In this document: piece after piece, positions 1 to 9,436 of the stretch
Position numbering within the stretch: position 1 is the first letter of the stretch
Layout of the letters: each line of letters opens with the position of its first letter
Source of the DNA: an uncultured bacterium
GTDB lineage: Bacteria; Margulisbacteria; WOR-1; JAKLHX01
Assembly: GCA_964597815.1 (NCBI GenBank)
Contig: CAZQZN010000002.1
Coordinates: 82,679-146,678 of the forward strand
Reading direction: 5' to 3'
DNA length: 64,000 nucleotides
Made by a program: the position numbers and the translations under genes
Notes under the pieces: model-generated
The model's database searches: none
Seen by the model: only the letters and a program-made list of their open reading frames with translations
Told to the model about the DNA's origin: nothing

Positions 1-605
1 TAAATATTAAGTATATAGCCCTTGGAAATGGCAATTCAGTTGTGTCTGGAACAACCTCAAATACAAACGCAGTTTTGTACAGCGGAATGGGCTTTGATCT
101 TGGAGCAATTGGAAAACTTGACGCCATACCAAATATGCCGCTTTCTGTTGGAGTAGTGGTTAAAAACATTGGCGCAACATTAAAAGGAGACACAACAACA
201 ATAACAAAAACAGTTGATCCATTAACAGGAAATGTGCAAAGCGAAACCACCACAACCACTAGCGCTCCGGAGTACACTCTCCCAACAACATTTGTTGTCG
301 GCGCTTCTGGTAAACTGCCTGTTGTAGGAGCAACTATTGCTTTGGATGTTGAAAATATCGGGCAAGACAACACCTTTTCCACACCAGCATATTCAATAAC
401 TCACATAGGATTTGAATATCCAACGCTTGGCGGTCTTATTAAATTGCGATTTGGAAAAGTATCAGGCGGACCATCTGGCTCAACAATTGATTTGACAACT
501 TATGGCGCAGGATTTCTTGGCAACACAATCAACTTGGCATCAATAATCGACAACGCAAACACTAAAAATAACCAAATTATGTTTGATATCGGAATTGGGC
601 TCTAA
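1..605 (+). CDS. Partial CDS (3' portion) continuing from upstream of the window; hypothetical Thr/Asn/Gly-rich, possibly outer-membrane/secreted protein
   Basis: The reading frame is open from the window edge, in-frame with the GTG at 42. No stop before 603-605. A bidirectional terminator lies downstream. No recognisable catalytic motif. Confidence 0.45.
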   Translation, partial: NIKYIALGNGNSVVSGTTSNTNAVLYSGMGFDLGAIGKLDAIPNMPLSVGVVVKNIGATLKGDTTTITKTVDPLTGNVQSETTTTTSAPEYTLPTTFVVGASGKLPVVGATIALDVENIGQDNTFSTPAYSITHIGFEYPTLGGLIKLRFGKVSGGPSGSTIDLTTYGAGFLGNTINLASIIDNANTKNNQIMFDIGIGL

Positions 606-630
606 AAATAGCAAATTCCAGAAAACAAAA

Positions 631-658
631 AGGAGAGAAAATTTTTCTCTCCTTTTTT
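631..658. terminator. Bidirectional rho-independent terminator between convergent genes
   Basis: Stem AGGAGAGAAA (631-640) pairs with TTTCTCTCCT (644-653) around a 3-nt loop. A T-run follows on the + strand and an A-run precedes, giving a U-run for the minus-strand gene. Confidence 0.6.
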
Positions 659-675
659 GTATTAACAAAATATCT

Positions 676-1242
676 TTAGGCGTTGTTGTCAGTCCCAATT
701 AACAAAACAGCCGCTGCTAAAACAGTTGTCCAAACATTTTTTTGTCCAATCGCACTTTGTGTTATATGAGACGTTCTTACTATTTTGTCCGATAATTTCC
801 AAACCTCTTGCCTTTCATCCCAACTAGAATCCTCATCAAATGGGACCCCAAGCGTGGTTGCAAGCATTTGCGCTGCAAGATCTTCAGCATAATCACCGCA
901 TTCCTCATCAGTTAAACCGCAAGCGTGATGCTCACTGAGATATCCATAAGAATTCGGGTCAGCCGGGATTGCAAGCCCTACAGAAGCCGAAATCAATCTG
1001 TGTTGTTCATCGGTCTGATTTTTCGCCATTACAATAAATGTTATCTCCCCGGGCTTCATTAGTTTTAATCCAGCTTCTCGAGATATCAATTTGCAGTTTG
1101 GTGGAAAAATGCTTGACACATGCACATAATTTGCTGACTGAATTCCAGCATCTCTTAAAGCCATTTCAAAACTAACCAGCTTTTCTTTGTGCCTTCCAAC
1201 ACCTTTTGTGAAAAAAATTTTATCAGGAACTAAAATACTCAT
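676..1242 (-). CDS. pdaD: Pyruvoyl-dependent arginine decarboxylase (PdaD family)
   Basis: 188 aa. The N-terminal FFTKGVG...SFE.AL.DAGI and the VHVSSIFPP segment (Ser-Ser self-cleavage site region) are characteristic of the PdaD family. Confidence 0.8.
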   Translation of the reverse strand: MSILVPDKIFFTKGVGRHKEKLVSFEMALRDAGIQSANYVHVSSIFPPNCKLISREAGLKLMKPGEITFIVMAKNQTDEQHRLISASVGLAIPADPNSYGYLSEHHACGLTDEECGDYAEDLAAQMLATTLGVPFDEDSSWDERQEVWKLSDKIVRTSHITQSAIGQKNVWTTVLAAAVLLIGTDNNA

Positions 1243-1379
1243 TTTTTACCTCCAGTTTTTATTGTTTAATCTCAATAATACAAAAAAACTTATGTCATTT
1301 CAACTAAAAAATTTTGCACTACGAAAAATTGCTGTGTTAAAAAACAAAAAATTTGCTAAAATTATATTGATTGCAAAAA

Positions 1380-1451
1380 GGCCCCATCGTCTAGGGGTTA
1401 GGACACCAGCTTTTCAAGCTGGCAGCCGGGGTTCGAATCCCCGTGGGGCTA
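1380..1451 (+). tRNA. tRNA-Glu (anticodon UUC)
   Basis: Cloverleaf read by eye. Acceptor GGCCCCA/TGGGGCT, D-arm TCTAGGGGTTAGGA, anticodon stem CCAGC/GCTGG with loop TTTTCAA (UUC), T-arm CGGGGTTCGAATCCCCG. No encoded CCA. Confidence 0.85.
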
Positions 1452-1492
1452 TTTTAAACTTTTAACAATCAAATCCTTCCAAATACAATGAA

Positions 1493-1801
1493 ATGAGCAA
1501 AAGCAAATCAAAAGAAAAAATTTTCAAACTACTAACAAAAATTCCAAAGGGTAAAGTCTCAACTTACAGCATTTTGGCAAAAATTTCAAATATTAAATCT
1601 CCACGAGCTGTTGGTAAAATCCTACACAACAATCCAAACCACAAAAAATACCCATGCCACAGAATAGTCTATAAAGACGGGAAATTATCAAAAAACTTTG
1701 CATTCGGTGGGGAAACAAAACAAAAACAGCTACTTGAAAAAGAAGGCATTAGGTTTGTAGAAGAAAAAGTAGAGATTGAAAAACACTTATTTTTATTTTA
1801 A
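1493..1801 (+). CDS. MGMT-family protein (methylated-DNA-protein-cysteine methyltransferase DNA-binding-domain-like, short form)
   Basis: 102 aa with a PCHR(I/V)V active-site-like motif (YPCHRIVYKDGKL). Its size matches the short COG3695-type proteins. Confidence 0.65.
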   Translation: MSKSKSKEKIFKLLTKIPKGKVSTYSILAKISNIKSPRAVGKILHNNPNHKKYPCHRIVYKDGKLSKNFAFGGETKQKQLLEKEGIRFVEEKVEIEKHLFLF

Positions 1802-3337
1802 TCGTGTTTTTTCATTCATTGAGTAAATTATTGAATCGGTTTGGCTTTCATCAGCAATTATCATTTTTGATGGAAGAAAAACTTTCGAAGATGTCTCTTT
1901 TATGTTAAGATCTGTTATCCTGACTTCTAAATAAATGTCTGAAGGAATTACCCTAAAATTTTCATCAAAAGAGCTAATCAATGGTTTTGCCCATTCTTCT
2001 ATGACTGATGATACTATCACTCTTTTCCCACGAAATTCCTCTCCAAATTCCGTTAAAATCGCCAGAGTCGGTTTTGCCTCTTTAATTATATTTATGCTCC
2101 CAATCAAACCAAGATGCTGAGGCAAAAATTTTCCTTCTTCTTTTTCCAACGATCCAATATTTAACAATAGAATTTGGCATCCAAAATATTCTCTGCCAAG
2201 CCCATTTTCATATCTTGTATCTCCTGTAATGCCTACTTTTATATTTTGGCCGTTTTTATCTTTCTCAAAAGTTTCAATTACAACTCCGACCGCAGATTCC
2301 TGACGCGTCCAAAGCTCTTGATGAAAAGCTTGTTTTACATGAAGCACACAACCGTATTTTTCTTTAAGCGAGATATGATCAATGGTCTCTATAGTCGATC
2401 CCGGAGTTAAAAGTCGAAAATTTATTTCCTTATTACCAAGCGGATCTAATGCATTAAAAAGCCCTTGGTATTTAAGCATTACTCCCGCAGAACCAAAAAC
2501 ATCGATATGATGAATTTTTTGCGCTGGTACATTGTCATTGTATTTTGCCAAAAGAGAAAAAATCGCTTCCAATGATTCTGTGTGATCATCATGATCATGA
2601 GTTACAATTATTGCGTCAAGATCAATTATTGACAAATCTAAATCTCGAAAAATATCTATAAAATCATATCCCGGATCTATCGCAATCGATTTTGTATTTC
2701 CCAAATGATTTTTCAAAGTTAAAAGATATCCCCCTCCCTGACTTATGCCAGAGGAAAATAACGGGGAACTTGAATTCCATTTATGGATTGTTTTCAATAT
2801 GTTTGGACCAATTGATTTGTCTATAAACCTTGAAATGTTCAGATCCAGTTTTAGTTTTTGTTTTGTTTTTGAAATTCTGTCTATCATAGGAAAAATAGTT
2901 TCTTCCATATAAAGTATTGCTTTGTCTAAACTTTCAAATTTGTGGTTATAATTTGAAAAAAACTTTTTTGCATGCAAAAAATCTTCATAAGAACCTTTAA
3001 ATTTGCCTTGAAAAAATCTTGAAATTCCTCTAAAGTATAATATCTGGCCGGATATCAATTCCCTGCCATGAACCCGCCTAAAAATTTCATCATAGACATG
3101 TTCTGCTTCTTTGTAAAGCCCGCTGTCTAAACAAATAAAACCAATTATATTCCAAGGAGCATTTTTTTGATAATCAACGCCTGTATTTATAGCTCTTTCA
3201 AGTGTGCGCAAAATAATCGGCAATTTTGTTTGTATCCAATTCTTTCTGTCATTTATTGATAAATTAAGTAGGTTTTTCCAGCTTTCAACTTGTTCAGGAT
3301 CAATGTATATCATAGGATTTATATTATAACACTGCAA
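1793..3337 (-). CDS. MBL-fold metallo-hydrolase with N-terminal helical (TPR-like) extension
   Basis: 514 aa. HxHxDH motif (IIVTHDHDDHTESL). Downstream His/Asp residues are consistent with a metallo-beta-lactamase fold. Confidence 0.6.
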   Translation of the reverse strand: MQCYNINPMIYIDPEQVESWKNLLNLSINDRKNWIQTKLPIILRTLERAINTGVDYQKNAPWNIIGFICLDSGLYKEAEHVYDEIFRRVHGRELISGQILYFRGISRFFQGKFKGSYEDFLHAKKFFSNYNHKFESLDKAILYMEETIFPMIDRISKTKQKLKLDLNISRFIDKSIGPNILKTIHKWNSSSPLFSSGISQGGGYLLTLKNHLGNTKSIAIDPGYDFIDIFRDLDLSIIDLDAIIVTHDHDDHTESLEAIFSLLAKYNDNVPAQKIHHIDVFGSAGVMLKYQGLFNALDPLGNKEINFRLLTPGSTIETIDHISLKEKYGCVLHVKQAFHQELWTRQESAVGVVIETFEKDKNGQNIKVGITGDTRYENGLGREYFGCQILLLNIGSLEKEEGKFLPQHLGLIGSINIIKEAKPTLAILTEFGEEFRGKRVIVSSVIEEWAKPLISSFDENFRVIPSDIYLEVRITDLNIKETSSKVFLPSKMIIADESQTDSIIYSMNEKTRLK

Positions 3338-3342
3338 AAAAA

Positions 3343-4041
3343 CTAACCGTAATTTAACAATATTTCGTATTCTTTTGGCAAAACAGTTTTTATCTCTATT
3401 CTCTCATTTGTTTTTGGATGAAAAAAAGACAATAAATGAGCATGAAGCGTCATATCTTTTATTTGAAAATCAAAAGAATTTAACCTACTTGATATGTCCC
3501 TAATATTTATTGGACAACAACTTGAATATAATTTGTCTATTGCTAAAGGATGCCCAATGGCTTTTAGGTGCAACCTTATCTGATGTCTCTTCCCAGTTAA
3601 AGGCATCACTTCCAAAAGAGTAAAATTCTCAAAATATTTTTTTACTCTTATCTTTGTAATAGCTTTAAGCCCCTTTTTAGCCAATGCTGGCTTTTTTGAA
3701 CGCGCTTTTGATTTTGAAAGTGGGATATCAATAATTTTTTCTTCAAAATCACATTTGCCTGATACCAGAGCAAAATACAATCTATTTACCGAACCCTTTT
3801 CAAACTGAAGGCACAAGGATTTATGGCAATAAGCGTTTTTTGCAAAAACAACTGCACCAGAAGTATCTCTGTCCAACCTATGGACAACAAATATTTTTCT
3901 GTTTAACCTATCTTCAAGCATTCCAACCAAACTTTTGGCTCTTTCTTGGTTATTCCCCGGAATTGTCAAAATACCAGACGGTTTGTTTAGTGCAATAATT
4001 TCTTCGTCTTCGAAAATAATATTTATTAAATCTTCTGACAT
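3343..4041 (-). CDS. RluA-family pseudouridine synthase
   Basis: 232 aa. Catalytic HRLDRDTSG motif and KRHQIRLHL motif. Confidence 0.85.
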   Translation of the reverse strand: MSEDLINIIFEDEEIIALNKPSGILTIPGNNQERAKSLVGMLEDRLNRKIFVVHRLDRDTSGAVVFAKNAYCHKSLCLQFEKGSVNRLYFALVSGKCDFEEKIIDIPLSKSKARSKKPALAKKGLKAITKIRVKKYFENFTLLEVMPLTGKRHQIRLHLKAIGHPLAIDKLYSSCCPINIRDISSRLNSFDFQIKDMTLHAHLLSFFHPKTNERIEIKTVLPKEYEILLNYG

Positions 4042-4046
4042 AAATT

Positions 4047-4673
4047 TTGTCTCTTGAAAGGACTATACATTGTTTATATAATTATTGCATGGAATTGAAT
4101 GAGAAAAAAATTTGGAAGCCCGGAACAATGCTATATCCCTTACCGGCTGTGCTTGTTTCATGTGGAGAGCTAAAAAATGAAAAGGATACTTCAAATTGCA
4201 ACATAATCACTTTATCATGGGCTGGCACAATTTGTTCTGAACCTCCGATGCTTTCAATTTCAATAAGGCCGGAGAAATATTCTTACAAAATAATAAAAAA
4301 GACAGGATATTTCGTTGTGAATTTAACAACAAAGCGTCTTGCATATGCAACTGATTTTTGTGGTGTAAAATCAGGAAAAGACATCGATAAATTCAAAAAA
4401 TTAAATCTTTCAGCACAAAAAAGCAATTTTTCAAACTGCCCTTTGATAACAGAAAGCCCAATAAATATAGAGTGCAAAACACAAAATATAATTAAACTTG
4501 GAAGTCACGATATGTTCATTGCAAAAATTCTATGCGTGCATGTTGATAAAAAACTTATCTATAAAAACTCGCTAAAACTAGAAAAAGCAAATTTGATTGC
4601 TTATTCGCACGGCAATTATTATCTCCTAGGCAAATACTTAGGACATTTTGGATTTTCTGTAAGGAAAAAGTAA
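4047..4673 (+). CDS. Flavin reductase-like (FMN-binding split-barrel) domain protein
   Basis: 208 aa. The YPLPAVLVS...NIITLSW segment is typical of the flavin reductase-like domain. The true start may be the internal Met at 4089. Confidence 0.6.
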   Translation: MSLERTIHCLYNYCMELNEKKIWKPGTMLYPLPAVLVSCGELKNEKDTSNCNIITLSWAGTICSEPPMLSISIRPEKYSYKIIKKTGYFVVNLTTKRLAYATDFCGVKSGKDIDKFKKLNLSAQKSNFSNCPLITESPINIECKTQNIIKLGSHDMFIAKILCVHVDKKLIYKNSLKLEKANLIAYSHGNYYLLGKYLGHFGFSVRKK

Positions 4674-4681
4674 TTCTACTA

Positions 4682-4861
4682 TTATTTTTTTGTAGAAATT
4701 CCAAATAAAGAATAAAGCGCGCAATACCCTGCCAAACCAGTGAATAACGGCACAAGTCCTATCAAGCCCCACCAGTTAGAATATTTTATTCCCCAAGACA
4801 AGATTGCTAACCCTATAATCAATCTAATAATCCTATCCACCATACCAACATTTTCCTTCAT
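4682..4861 (-). CDS. DUF2892-family small membrane protein (YgaP-like transmembrane domain)
   Basis: 59-aa ORF below the ORF-track size cutoff. It translates to MKENVGMVDRIIRLIIGLAILSWGIKYSNWWGLIGLVPLFTGLAGYCALYSLFGISTKK, which matches the DUF2892 consensus (NVG.DRIIR..G, GL.PL.TG..G.C..Y.L.G). Confidence 0.6.
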   Translation of the reverse strand: MKENVGMVDRIIRLIIGLAILSWGIKYSNWWGLIGLVPLFTGLAGYCALYSLFGISTKK

Positions 4862-5049
4862 ATAAGCCCCCCTTAAATGGAGATTATATCAGGAATTTAA
4901 CGATGGTCAAGTCAAATTATTCAAAAAATTTACACTTTTCTTTCAAACTGGATAATCCACTAAAATCTCAATTTTTCTAAAGGATGAAATAACCTTTTTC
5001 CATTAACGATATATCACTGTAAATACTCATTAAGAAAATAATAAAAGAT

Positions 5050-7536
5050 ATGAACATCAATTGCGGAATGAGAGTATCGTATTTCCCTACCAAACCAATC
5101 TCACTGACAAAAGTGGAGAAAAGTCGTGTACGAAAAGAATTGCCGCCAAATTTCAAAATAGGAAGGATATTTGAACTCAGCGGTAAAACAGTAGTTATGC
5201 ATAAAGATCTACCAAATCTTATAACACATGCCGCTGAATCAGTTTTAAAAAACTGCCCTTTTCTCCTTTCGCGAATTCCCGAAAACAAACTTATTTTTGC
5301 TGTACACAATATTGACCAAAATATAGAGTCTAATTTGCGCAATGCAGGAAGATTAGTAAAGATTCCTCAGAATTACTCTGATCTTCAAACAAAAAAACAT
5401 GTTCTAAGTGAGCTAGCAGAATTTCTGCCGGATGAAACAGATGAATCTTTGCATTTAATCGCATCACCCCATTCAAATGACAAGCAAGGAACAAAAAAAA
5501 TGGATGAAGCCTTAAATATAAGAAAAAGGCTGGACCCTTTTGGTTATTGTTTTCACATTGTTTCCGATGCTTTACAAGGATCGTATAGCAAAAATGATAT
5601 AAATAGAGCTATTTCTTTGATTCCTCTTGAACTTATAAACACTCTCAGCCCTGATAGTATAGTTAAACTTTCCAAATTATTTTTAGAACCATCTAATTGG
5701 ATTAACATAAGTAAAAAGGAAGAACATGGAAATGGAAACGTGGTAGAAATTCAGATGCTGAAAGATGCTTATTTTGGAGTGGGTCACGATATTGTTTCGA
5801 TTTTTGCGTGCTTAGGTCTGGAACCGTTAGAAATAAAATTTTATCCAATCGGCAAAGATGAAAACAAGATTCTATGTTTAAGCAAATCACGTTTTATTTC
5901 AAAAGAATGTGGAGTAACAAAAATCTTATCAGAAGTGAAAAGATTGTTTGATGAGAACTCGGCTCAAAAAGCTTTGTTGTCAGGAGAAGGCGAACTTTTG
6001 TGGTTCAGCTTTGTCGGTCTTTATAATGCAATGTCCAGATTTTTAGCTTCTTCTGGCTACCAAAAAGCAAATTCTTCACAAATACTTTCAATAATGAAAA
6101 GAAATGGTGCGATTATGCGCACAATATTATCTCTCTTACGCAAAAAGTTTGATCCATCTTATCCGGCAGAAGTGAAATGTGACATTGCAAATAAAATAAA
6201 TGAGTCGGATTTGGAAAATGCTATAGCGAATTTGCCCGAAGACGAAGCTAAAATTATGAAATTTTGCTTTAATTTCGTTCTTTCAGTCAGAAAAACAGAT
6301 TACTTTGACGTGAATCGATTAAAAGAAATCTCCAGCTTTATTTTAAATGCAAACCAGTTAAAAGAATATATCGATGATAGTTTTTCAATTAGGCCAGAAG
6401 AGATATTGCTAATACATAGGAGAAGCAAAGGCATAGATTTGCATCCTGTTTATGCTGTTGAAAGGAAAACTAAAACAGAACGCTATGTAAATGCTGATGA
6501 ATTTTCGCTTTCATCTGACATTCCTATGGTAAATATCATAGGCCCCTATGTAAGAAATGTAAGACAAATTGTTGCAGCAAAAGCTTTGGAGATAATGCCA
6601 TTTATAGAAGAGTTGACGAACAGAGAACTTAATATATTTGAAGGAATGCATTTTATAGATGAAAACGGAAAAGAATATAATATTTGCGGTTTACATCCAA
6701 ATACTTATCTTTCTGTGACAGCTGGCGCTTTGTTCAGCAGGCCATCCAATGAAGAATCTCATTATGAAGAACCAACTTACATAGAGAATATATCAAAAGG
6801 TTTTGGAACCAATCCAAAGGACATAGACTATGTAAGCGTTAAATTTTTAGGCAGAGGGGGACAAAGAACAATCTCTACTGTCAAAGTACATTCCGCAAGA
6901 AACACCAATACTTTTCTTGCAGCAGTTAATAGAATGGATCTTATTGACGCCGAAAAAGGCCCTGCTGAAGAAGAATACAAAACTTTAAATTCATTTTCAG
7001 GACTAACCAAACTTTTGCCCATGCCTTTTGGTTTTGTTTCGGTGCCTATGGGAAAAATAAATATAGGAGTACTTTTCAAAGAATTTCTTATGGGTCTCGA
7101 TTGCGAACAATACTTTCAAGCTCTAAGAAAGGAAGAAAGCAAAAGGATACTTTTTAGAGCTGTTGGGAAAGCCATTGGGCAACTCTATAGCGATACCTTT
7201 ATGGGGTCATCTGATTTTAAGCTCTCAAATATGGTGTTTTACCGTAACAATGTAAAATTTTGCGATATATGTCCCTTTACTGAAGATATGGGATTAGTAA
7301 AAGATGGATTTATCCAATTGTTTGATCCATTAAAGACATCATTTAAATCTGATATTATTGAAGGAATAATTTCTTGTGGTGATCGAGGGAGAGAGTTCTT
7401 AGGAAGGATAAGAAACAATATGCTTTATGATCAAGAGGATTCTTGGCAAAGCATAGCAACATGGGAAGAACTAAATAAAATAGCTTTAGCGAAGGGCTTT
7501 CATCCTGAAGAATACTATAAGTGGGAACTTAAATAG
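5050..7536 (+). CDS. Large hypothetical protein (828 aa), no recognised domain
   Basis: Long uninterrupted ORF with coding-like composition. No Walker, HExxH or other motif I can identify. It precedes a tRNA gene. Confidence 0.55.
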   Translation: MNINCGMRVSYFPTKPISLTKVEKSRVRKELPPNFKIGRIFELSGKTVVMHKDLPNLITHAAESVLKNCPFLLSRIPENKLIFAVHNIDQNIESNLRNAGRLVKIPQNYSDLQTKKHVLSELAEFLPDETDESLHLIASPHSNDKQGTKKMDEALNIRKRLDPFGYCFHIVSDALQGSYSKNDINRAISLIPLELINTLSPDSIVKLSKLFLEPSNWINISKKEEHGNGNVVEIQMLKDAYFGVGHDIVSIFACLGLEPLEIKFYPIGKDENKILCLSKSRFISKECGVTKILSEVKRLFDENSAQKALLSGEGELLWFSFVGLYNAMSRFLASSGYQKANSSQILSIMKRNGAIMRTILSLLRKKFDPSYPAEVKCDIANKINESDLENAIANLPEDEAKIMKFCFNFVLSVRKTDYFDVNRLKEISSFILNANQLKEYIDDSFSIRPEEILLIHRRSKGIDLHPVYAVERKTKTERYVNADEFSLSSDIPMVNIIGPYVRNVRQIVAAKALEIMPFIEELTNRELNIFEGMHFIDENGKEYNICGLHPNTYLSVTAGALFSRPSNEESHYEEPTYIENISKGFGTNPKDIDYVSVKFLGRGGQRTISTVKVHSARNTNTFLAAVNRMDLIDAEKGPAEEEYKTLNSFSGLTKLLPMPFGFVSVPMGKINIGVLFKEFLMGLDCEQYFQALRKEESKRILFRAVGKAIGQLYSDTFMGSSDFKLSNMVFYRNNVKFCDICPFTEDMGLVKDGFIQLFDPLKTSFKSDIIEGIISCGDRGREFLGRIRNNMLYDQEDSWQSIATWEELNKIALAKGFHPEEYYKWELK

Positions 7537-7658
7537 CAATTTCTCCTTAAAAAAAGTATAAATTTTTACACATTGCTTTTAGTCATGAAAATCTCATTTG
7601 AAAAACGTCAAAATGTTTTTATGGTTGGAATATTTCTTGTAGTGAGATGCTAAAATAA

Positions 7659-7730
7659 TGGGCCCACTAGGATTCGAACCTAGAACCTGTCGGTTATGAG
7701 CCGATTGCTCCACCGTTGAGCTATGGGCCC
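7659..7730 (-). tRNA. tRNA with CAU anticodon (elongator tRNA-Met or tRNA-Ile2/lysidine)
   Basis: Minus-strand cloverleaf. Acceptor GGGCCCA/TGGGCCC, D-arm AGCTCAACGGTGGAGC, anticodon loop CTCATAA, T-arm CTAGGTTCGAATCCTAG. Met cannot be separated from Ile2 by eye. Confidence 0.8.
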
Positions 7731-7793
7731 CCTCTAACAAATAGTATAACTTGAAACAAATAAGTGTTCAAGAAGTTAAAAAATTTTTAGAAA

Positions 7794-9149
7794 TTAAATT
7801 ATTTTTTTGCCAACAGATTTGTTAAGTTTTGCTTTTGCTATTTCAAAATCGTATCTTGAGTTCCAATAATCTGTATAAGAGGAGTTGTAAGCGTTTTGAG
7901 ATTCCAGATAATATTGCCTGCTTGTAATATCTGCAGAATAAGAAATCTCCACTGATTTCATAGTTCTATAAGCCAAATCAGACGCGATTTTTCCTGCATT
8001 TACTTTTTCCACAGCAGAGAATAAAGACAAATATGAAGATTCAACATCAAGTTTGACAGCACTGATTAAAGCATTTTCTTGTGCTTTTGCTGCATTCAAA
8101 GAAGCAAACGCTTCTCTTACCTGATTTTCGGACTTAAACCCATCAAACAAAACCCAAGAAGCAACAAACATTGCTCTCCAATTTCCTAAGTCTGTGTTAT
8201 ATGTTGCATTTTTGTTATACAAGCTTTTTGTATTTCCAGCGGAATAAGTAAATGCAATGTTTGGCAGATAATTGCTATATGCAAGATTTACAGCACTCTT
8301 TGCCACATTTAATGCCTGCTTAAAAGATAAATAATCTGGTCTGTTTTCAAAAGCTGTTTCTAGAACAGTTTCTTGATCAGGAATATTTTTAGTTTCAATT
8401 TCAGGCAAAATATCGTTTAGCTGGGTATCCCTCGGCAAACTAACACCTATTGTTGATTCTAAAGCTAAAAAAGAAATGTCCATAGCATTTTTTAAGTTTA
8501 TTTTTGCAACTGAATAGTTCGCAATAGCTGTTTTAATCCTCAACAAATCTGTTTCAGTCGCAATGCCGGAATTGAACAATATCTGCGTTAATTGAAGATT
8601 TCTCTCAAGGTTTTTTATTGTTGATTCTGTTATTTCCAAACTTTTTTTCAGCTTTAAATATTCGTAATATGATTTGATAACATTGTATTCAACTTCTTGG
8701 CTTGCTTTTTTTAACTCTAAAAGAGCCATGTCATAACTGCTCTTAGCGATCGACATAGCCGTTAAAATTTTGCCTCCGGTAAAAAGTGATTGCTGAACAT
8801 TAAAACTGTAAGAGGTAACATCGCTTGGCTCATCAGGAGCAGTAGAAATTGTCCCACCCCCAAAAATTGGAGGCAAAGTAATCATTATTGGCTGAGAATA
8901 ATTTTTCCCTTTTGAAGCTGACAAACTTATTGTTGGAAGAACTGACGAAGCTGCCTGCCCCATCTTTGCAGAAGCAACTTCAACATTATGTTTTGCTGAT
9001 AAAAGAGACGGACTATTTTTATATGCAAGCTCAATGCAATCGTTAAGTGTTAAAGAAAAAGCTGTGTTTGAAAGTAATAACAAGGAGAAAATAAATAAGC
9101 CAGCAATACCATAGAATAACCGTTTCATAGTTCCTCCTCTATATTCCAA
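7794..9149 (-). CDS. Outer membrane efflux protein (TolC/OMF family)
   Basis: 451 aa. Signal peptide. Two tandem coiled-coil/beta repeats typical of outer membrane factors. Last gene of the RND operon. Confidence 0.8.
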   Translation of the reverse strand: MEYRGGTMKRLFYGIAGLFIFSLLLLSNTAFSLTLNDCIELAYKNSPSLLSAKHNVEVASAKMGQAASSVLPTISLSASKGKNYSQPIMITLPPIFGGGTISTAPDEPSDVTSYSFNVQQSLFTGGKILTAMSIAKSSYDMALLELKKASQEVEYNVIKSYYEYLKLKKSLEITESTIKNLERNLQLTQILFNSGIATETDLLRIKTAIANYSVAKINLKNAMDISFLALESTIGVSLPRDTQLNDILPEIETKNIPDQETVLETAFENRPDYLSFKQALNVAKSAVNLAYSNYLPNIAFTYSAGNTKSLYNKNATYNTDLGNWRAMFVASWVLFDGFKSENQVREAFASLNAAKAQENALISAVKLDVESSYLSLFSAVEKVNAGKIASDLAYRTMKSVEISYSADITSRQYYLESQNAYNSSYTDYWNSRYDFEIAKAKLNKSVGKKII

Positions 9150-9436
9150 ACAAAAGTTTTTACGCCTTGTCTGCCGTATTTGTCCTTAATTAATTTTAAC
9201 TCTTGCAACAAAATACCTTTTGTCCTTTCATCAGTAATTATTAACAAAGCGCTGTTGCTTCCCGGCCAGATATTCGTATCTAAATGTGGCTCACTTGACT
9301 TTCCAACACCAAGCAAATAAGGAATTTTAGAATATTTTTCTTGGCCGGCTTTTTTTAAAGCCGACATAATATTGCATTCAAGCGCCGGAGAATAAATTAT
9401 TAAAACTGCTTTCATTTTTTTGATACCTCCTGACAA
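9125..9436 (-). CDS. Small PII-like (DUF3240/DUF190-type) protein associated with RND efflux
   Basis: 103 aa, with a MKAVLIIY...L....G fold-like pattern. Sits between the RND pump and the outer membrane factor. Family assignment is tentative. Confidence 0.45.
   Translation of the reverse strand: MSGGIKKMKAVLIIYSPALECNIMSALKKAGQEKYSKIPYLLGVGKSSEPHLDTNIWPGSNSALLIITDERTKGILLQELKLIKDKYGRQGVKTFVWNIEEEL

Noticed and set aside
1187-1465. 92-aa ORF in the track spanning the tRNA-Glu gene
   Set aside because: It overlaps a clear tRNA cloverleaf and the 5' end of the arginine decarboxylase gene on the other strand. It is a low-complexity Lys/Phe/Leu translation of AT-rich DNA.
4977-5342. 121-aa minus-strand ORF overlapping the start of the 828-aa gene
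   Set aside because: It overlaps the N-terminus of a much longer, better-supported ORF on the opposite strand. It has no RBS and a low-complexity product.
7537-7793. tRNA-Met-associated genomic island or integrative element
   Set aside because: No integrase, no direct repeat of the tRNA 3' end and no mobile-element genes are visible on either side. The only hint is an unknown large gene upstream.
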